Shown here in pieces: positions 55,826 to 60,054 of a stretch of 60,054 nucleotides of DNA. Origin of the DNA: Abditibacteriaceae bacterium. Its GTDB lineage: Bacteria; Armatimonadota; Abditibacteriia; Abditibacteriales; Abditibacteriaceae. Every line of letters starts with the position of its first letter. The first letter of the stretch is position 1. The notes below the pieces were generated by a model that made no database searches, was not told the origin of the DNA, and was given only the letters and a program-made list of their open reading frames with translations. The stretch is taken from assembly GCA_031425655.1 (NCBI GenBank), contig JANPJS010000108.1, forward strand, positions 1 through 60,054, given 5' to 3'. The translations under genes were made by a program, and so were the position numbers.

Positions 55826-58800
55826 TTACGGTAGCGTCGGTTTGCCGGCAATGTCTATTTCGCGGTAAACGTTAAAGCCGTTTTCCCCGCTTTTGAAATC
55901 GAAGCGCACGGCCACCACGCCGCTTGCGCGCACGCCTTTGCCGTTGTCGAGCGGGCCTCCGGTAGCATTGGCAACGATGATTTGCGAGGCGCCGCCGTTG
56001 CATTGAATCGCAAGCGAAGTCGAAAGCGGCACGAATTTATCGGGTGCTCCGGCCAGAGCGATGGAAACGGTGTAATGCTGACTGGCGCGATTGTCATTGT
56101 GCGCGGCAATCGTGGCGATTTTGGTGATGTCGAAGCCGGTTTTGCTTCGCGTAATGTCGAAATAAAAGGTGAGCCAATCGCCGTCGCCATAACCGCGAAA
56201 AGTCTTGCCATCGTCGGCGGTGGCCGCATCGCCCGCGCCGTTCAATGCGGTGCCGTTCCGCAGAGCATCGGCGTTGGTGCCACCGCCAGTGTGCGCGGCG
56301 TGTTCGTCCACACGCAACAGCGAGGAATTGGCGCTGAGCGCGATTAAATCGTCTTTCGCCACGTCTTTCTCGAAAGCCGAGGCGTCGTCGGCGGTTTTGG
56401 CGGTCGCATGGGGTGTTGCTGACAACGACACGACATTGGCGGAAACAGTTGGCGCCTCTTCAGCGGGCAATTCGATGAGCTGGCCGGTCAACACGAATTG
56501 GTGGTTGCCGGCGGGCAGCTTCGCGGCGTGGCCATTCGGCACCGCGCGGCCTTTGAGCGTGACTTTTGGATTCACAAAGCGGGCAACCGGCAGCGTCACG
56601 TCGGCACTCGTGCCGGATGGGATTTTCACGTCCAGCGTCATGCCGGTTGCGGTCAGCTTCCACGACACGTCCACGTTGCCGTGCGGCGTCGGGACGCGGC
56701 CATTGGCCCATTTTAAATCGCACAGCGTGGGACGAATCTCCATGGTGCTGAAAGTCGGCGTCAGCGGCGAAACGCCGAGAATCCGCGCGCTCATTTGAAT
56801 CAAAGGCGTGCCGCCCCAGCCGTGACTGAGATCGCCGCTGTTCCACATTTCGTGAAAGGTTTGGGTGTCGGGCTCGATTTTCCAGCGCCGCATTTGCTGC
56901 GCGCCTAAGCTGTCGAAAAGGCCCGCGTGAGCCAGCGCGCCCAATGTGAAGTGCATAAAATACGGCTGGCAATTCGGCTTGGCGGCCATGACGCGCGCCA
57001 TAATATCGGCTTGTTTTGCTTTAGGCGCCAGGTCGTAAAGCACCGCCAACGAATTATTTTGCGCGCTGAAAGTTTCGATGTCCTTATCAGCAGGCAGCCA
57101 TTGGCTCGGCTTAACACTTGTCACGAACGGTTTGCCGTCGCGGTAAAGTCCCTTTTCGTCGTTCCACAGCTCGCGGTTGTAAGCCTCGGCCACTTCGCCG
57201 CGCAGCTTGTCGTAAGTCGCCGCGCGCGGGGCGTCGCCGGTGATTTGCGATAAACGCCGCGCGTCCAGCAAAGCGCGATAATAAAACGCCGTCATGTAGC
57301 CTTGTCCGATGACGGCGGGCGGATGATGCGCGCCGAAGCCGCCGATGTCCACCCAATCCATGAACATATAGTCGGGCGCCTGGGAAATCAGGCCGGTTTT
57401 GCCGCGCCATCCGGTGAATTTATCCAACAACCCGTGAACCTGCGGCGCCAATTCGCGCAGCGTGGCTGCGTCGCCGGTGAAATCGTAATAATCGAGCAGC
57501 ATTTGCAGCCAGAGCAGCGCGTAACTGGTGTGGAAATTCACGTAATCCGTGTTGACTAAAATCGCCGCGAATTTGCGTGAATCCTGCCGCGTGAGCGCCG
57601 GCTCGTGGAACGTGTAGTAGTTGACGAGCGATTCGATGAGATAATCGCCGGGATCGCTGATCGGCTCCTGATGATCGGGCGAATCGAGATAACGATCCTG
57701 CATACAGATGTGCGTCTGCCAGCGGCAGGCCGTCCAGAGACGGTTGAGCGCGTCGTCGCTGCACGCGAAGCGGCCTTTATAAGCCACCGGCTGCGCGCTG
57801 AAAACCGCTTTTATATTTTGAATCTCGACCGGCGTTTTGACGCCCGTGACTTTCACATTAAGAAACGCAAAGCTGTCGTAATAGGGCGTCTCGAAATACT
57901 GGACGCCGTCGCCGAGCAGCATCGAAGCCGCGTGACGTCCACCGCCGTTGCTTTCGGCGAAATCAATTGTTAGCGTTGCGCCTGCCCCGCCTTTAACCTT
58001 GAGTCCAGCGTAGCCGCTCAATACGCGGTCGTATTGCAGCGTGAAAGCGCCATCGGCGTTCAGCGTGACGCCGCTGCCATTTTGGAAAGGCTTTGCGGGC
58101 ACTTCGAGGCCCGGACTCACGCGCACCGCACGCAGCGCCGGATACGCGATTTCAAGCGTCTGCGGCAGTTCGCTCGGCCAAAGCTTGGGCCAGTGATCGC
58201 CTGCCCCGACGCATTGTGGCCACGCCGCGTCGTCGAAACCTGCGAGTCGCCAACCCACCGGCTCTTTGGCCGCCACATATTTCAGACCGCCTTGCAAATA
58301 CTCGCCGGCTTGGCCGCGCCAGCTTTCATCACTGCGAATTGGCACGACGGATTTATCTTTGAGCGTCGCTTCGGCTTGAAAAAACAGACCACGCGAGCCG
58401 CTCGAACCCCACCACGCGCTGAGACGGTCGCGGAACACCTCGACTGCGATGGCGTTGGCGCCTTTGTGAAAATACGGCGTGAGATCGCAGTAATCGGCGA
58501 AGTAAAGGCCGGTTTGTCCGTTGAGTTTGCCGGGATAGTCGGCGCCGGGATCGGCGGGGCCACGCGCGACTAAATTCCCATTGACGTAAAGCCGATAACG
58601 CCAATCGGCGCTGACCCACGCTGTCACGCGCGACGGCGCTTCGCTCATCGTAATTTGCTTGCGAAAGCAAGCGACGGGCGTTTTCACGGTGTCGGCCTGC
58701 GGCGACAGCCAAACCCACGAAGCCGACCACTTCGGCGTGGCTTTAAGCTCCGGCGACGGCTTATAGCCCGTGGCCTCGACGCCGCCTTCGACTATTCGCG

Positions 58801-58921
58801 GCACAACGCCAGACACGACAATCGGCCCGCGCGGGTCAACGTCAATTTCAGCGGCGCGAACGCCGCCCGGCGACAGAGTTGCGGCAACGATTGCGCTCAT
58901 GGTTAGAATCGAAACTTTCAT
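55826..58921 (-). CDS. Exported GH78 alpha-L-rhamnosidase-like protein with C-terminal beta-sandwich
   Basis: YRLYVNG..VARGP, LNRLW, PGDY, FMDW, TFHEMW..DLSHGWG, VPTPHG. Confidence 0.85.
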   Translation of the reverse strand: MKVSILTMSAIVAATLSPGGVRAAEIDVDPRGPIVVSGVVPRIVEGGVEATGYKPSPELKATPKWSASWVWLSPQADTVKTPVACFRKQITMSEAPSRVTAWVSADWRYRLYVNGNLVARGPADPGADYPGKLNGQTGLYFADYCDLTPYFHKGANAIAVEVFRDRLSAWWGSSGSRGLFFQAEATLKDKSVVPIRSDESWRGQAGEYLQGGLKYVAAKEPVGWRLAGFDDAAWPQCVGAGDHWPKLWPSELPQTLEIAYPALRAVRVSPGLEVPAKPFQNGSGVTLNADGAFTLQYDRVLSGYAGLKVKGGAGATLTIDFAESNGGGRHAASMLLGDGVQYFETPYYDSFAFLNVKVTGVKTPVEIQNIKAVFSAQPVAYKGRFACSDDALNRLWTACRWQTHICMQDRYLDSPDHQEPISDPGDYLIESLVNYYTFHEPALTRQDSRKFAAILVNTDYVNFHTSYALLWLQMLLDYYDFTGDAATLRELAPQVHGLLDKFTGWRGKTGLISQAPDYMFMDWVDIGGFGAHHPPAVIGQGYMTAFYYRALLDARRLSQITGDAPRAATYDKLRGEVAEAYNRELWNDEKGLYRDGKPFVTSVKPSQWLPADKDIETFSAQNNSLAVLYDLAPKAKQADIMARVMAAKPNCQPYFMHFTLGALAHAGLFDSLGAQQMRRWKIEPDTQTFHEMWNSGDLSHGWGGTPLIQMSARILGVSPLTPTFSTMEIRPTLCDLKWANGRVPTPHGNVDVSWKLTATGMTLDVKIPSGTSADVTLPVARFVNPKVTLKGRAVPNGHAAKLPAGNHQFVLTGQLIELPAEEAPTVSANVVSLSATPHATAKTADDASAFEKDVAKDDLIALSANSSLLRVDEHAAHTGGGTNADALRNGTALNGAGDAATADDGKTFRGYGDGDWLTFYFDITRSKTGFDITKIATIAAHNDNRASQHYTVSIALAGAPDKFVPLSTSLAIQCNGGASQIIVANATGGPLDNGKGVRASGVVAVRFDFKSGENGFNVYREIDIAGKPTLP

Positions 58922-59024
58922 ATTTTTCTTGGAAAAGACGACTGCGGATGCCTCACAGCATAGCAAAGCCGCTTTCGATTAACCGGCGGGCATCCCGCGA
59001 AATGCTAAAATCAAAGCAGCTTCA

Positions 59025-59131
59025 ACCGCGAAATCGCCGGCAGCGTGGCGCGTCTTATTTCCACTATCGCCATGAAAAGCAGCTTCGACCGCGAAACACT
59101 GAAAACGGCGGAAGAAAAAGCGGCGCAGTAG
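59025..59131 (+). repeat. Second copy of the mrp 3' end
   Basis: 98/107 nt identical to 55650-55756; ends in an in-frame TAG. Confidence 0.92.
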
Positions 59132-59159
59132 GGGTTGGTATGGCAGAACGGGGTTGGGT

Positions 59160-59627
59160 TTACTCCGAGGGTTTTTTCGTTTCGGCGAGGTCGGCGACGG
59201 CGGCCACTAAATACAGAGTTTCAATGGGTTTATCCAGATGGCTTTGAAAACCGGCGGCTAAGGCTTTTTGCTGAGGTTCAATGCCGGTGTAGCCGGATAA
59301 CGCGATAGCTGGCGTTTGGATGCCGCGTGAACGCACTTCACGAATTAACTCGAAGCCGTCCGGGCCGTCCATGCCGATGTCGCTAATCAAAATGTCGAAG
59401 TTTTCGTGGGCAAGAATCTCCAGTGCATCCGCGGCGTCGGTGGCCTGTGTGACGCCGGCTCCATAAACACTCAGCACATCGGTGATGGCTTGGCGCGCAT
59501 CGGCTTCATCATCTACTACCAGAACGCGTAGCCCTTCAAGCGAAGGATGGAAATCTACCGCTATAGGTGAGGGGCGTGTTGATGGAACGGGTTGCGACGG
59601 GCCGTAGCTTTCCTGAGAAGAGTCCAT
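59160..59627 (-). CDS. Stand-alone response regulator receiver
   Basis: VLVVDDE, ISDIGM, ALSG, HLDKP; start uncertain. Confidence 0.85.
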   Translation of the reverse strand: MDSSQESYGPSQPVPSTRPSPIAVDFHPSLEGLRVLVVDDEADARQAITDVLSVYGAGVTQATDAADALEILAHENFDILISDIGMDGPDGFELIREVRSRGIQTPAIALSGYTGIEPQQKALAAGFQSHLDKPIETLYLVAAVADLAETKKPSE

Positions 59628-59774
59628 AACGATAACGATGCTCCTGTCAATTGTCCTTCGGGTGCAGATTATGCGCGAAGTCGGATGGCATGGGAAATGT
59701 GGAACTACAGTATAAGCAACTCGGTTGCCCCGCGATATAGACATTTGATGCGGCGCTTGAGACTGATTGTATCG

Positions 59775-59839
59775 CCATCGCCATGAAAAGCAGCTTCGAC
59801 CGCGAGACGCTGAAAACGGCGGAAGAAAAAGTGGGGTAG
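59775..59839 (+). repeat. Third copy of the mrp 3' end
   Basis: ccatcgccatgaaaagcagcttcgaccgcgagacgctgaaaacggcggaagaaaaag, reading IAMKSSFDRETLKTAEEKVG-stop. Confidence 0.92.
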
Positions 59840-59853
59840 TAGTTAGCGAGAGA

Positions 59854-59896
59854 AATAAAGAAGCGCCACGGAAAGTTCCCGTGGCGCTTCTTTATT
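59854..59896. terminator. Intrinsic terminator after the third mrp copy
   Basis: aataaagaagcgccacgg ... ccgtggcgcttctttatt. Confidence 0.8.
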
Positions 59897-60054
59897 CATG
59901 TTGAAGTTACTTCCTCATGTTACGCGGTGGACTTATAGTAAGCGGTGTGAAGAGTGGCTTCGCCACTCCTTAAAACCCCACCTGCCCAGAGGGCGCCCGC
60001 CCTTGGTAAGGGGGCGAAAGAGTAACTTGGCAGAAGAAGGACAGCGTTATTCTT

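Noticed and set aside
58879..59247. 122-aa plus-strand ORF
   Set aside because: Spans the duplicated mrp end out of frame and overlaps both neighbours.
55650..59839. mrp-end copies as DGR template/variable repeats
   Set aside because: Differences are not adenine-specific, are mostly synonymous, and no reverse transcriptase is present.
1..60054. CRISPR array, tRNA, rRNA, integrase or transposase
   Set aside because: No regularly spaced repeat-spacer array and no recognisable RNA gene or recombinase motif seen by eye; tRNAscan/Infernal were not run.

Overview
High-GC (roughly 60%) bacterial chromosome segment. Gene content suggests an Abditibacteriota/Armatimonadota-like organism (inference only). 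It holds about 40 CDSs. These include a Wsp-like chemosensory cluster (cheR-TPR, tandem cheW, MCP, cheA-REC, cheB, REC-GGDEF, REC-PAS-HK; 36160-47245), an alpha-2-macroglobulin locus with secreted AMMECR1 and redoxin, a class A PBP, a TetR-linked redoxin/heme-Cu-monooxygenase operon, an exported MsrB fusion next to a Cys/Met-rich repeat protein, a CHASE4-PAS-GGDEF-EAL protein, GH26, GH78, an S9 peptidase and mrp/apbC. No rRNA, tRNA, CRISPR array, integrase or transposase was seen. The non-coding DNA is rich in MITE/REP-like palindromes and heptamer tandem repeats. Three observations stand out. (1) The 3' end of mrp occurs three times as diverged alleles, and the copies bracket single-gene cargo cassettes with no integrase in the window. 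(2) One ~18-nt motif (CTGCCCARAGGGCGCCCG) appears 7 times, nested in several unrelated repeat families. (3) An exported MsrB lacking the usual resolving Cys is fused to a Cys-pair domain and lies beside a Met/Cys-rich exported protein. All family assignments come from motif recognition by eye, not database searches.
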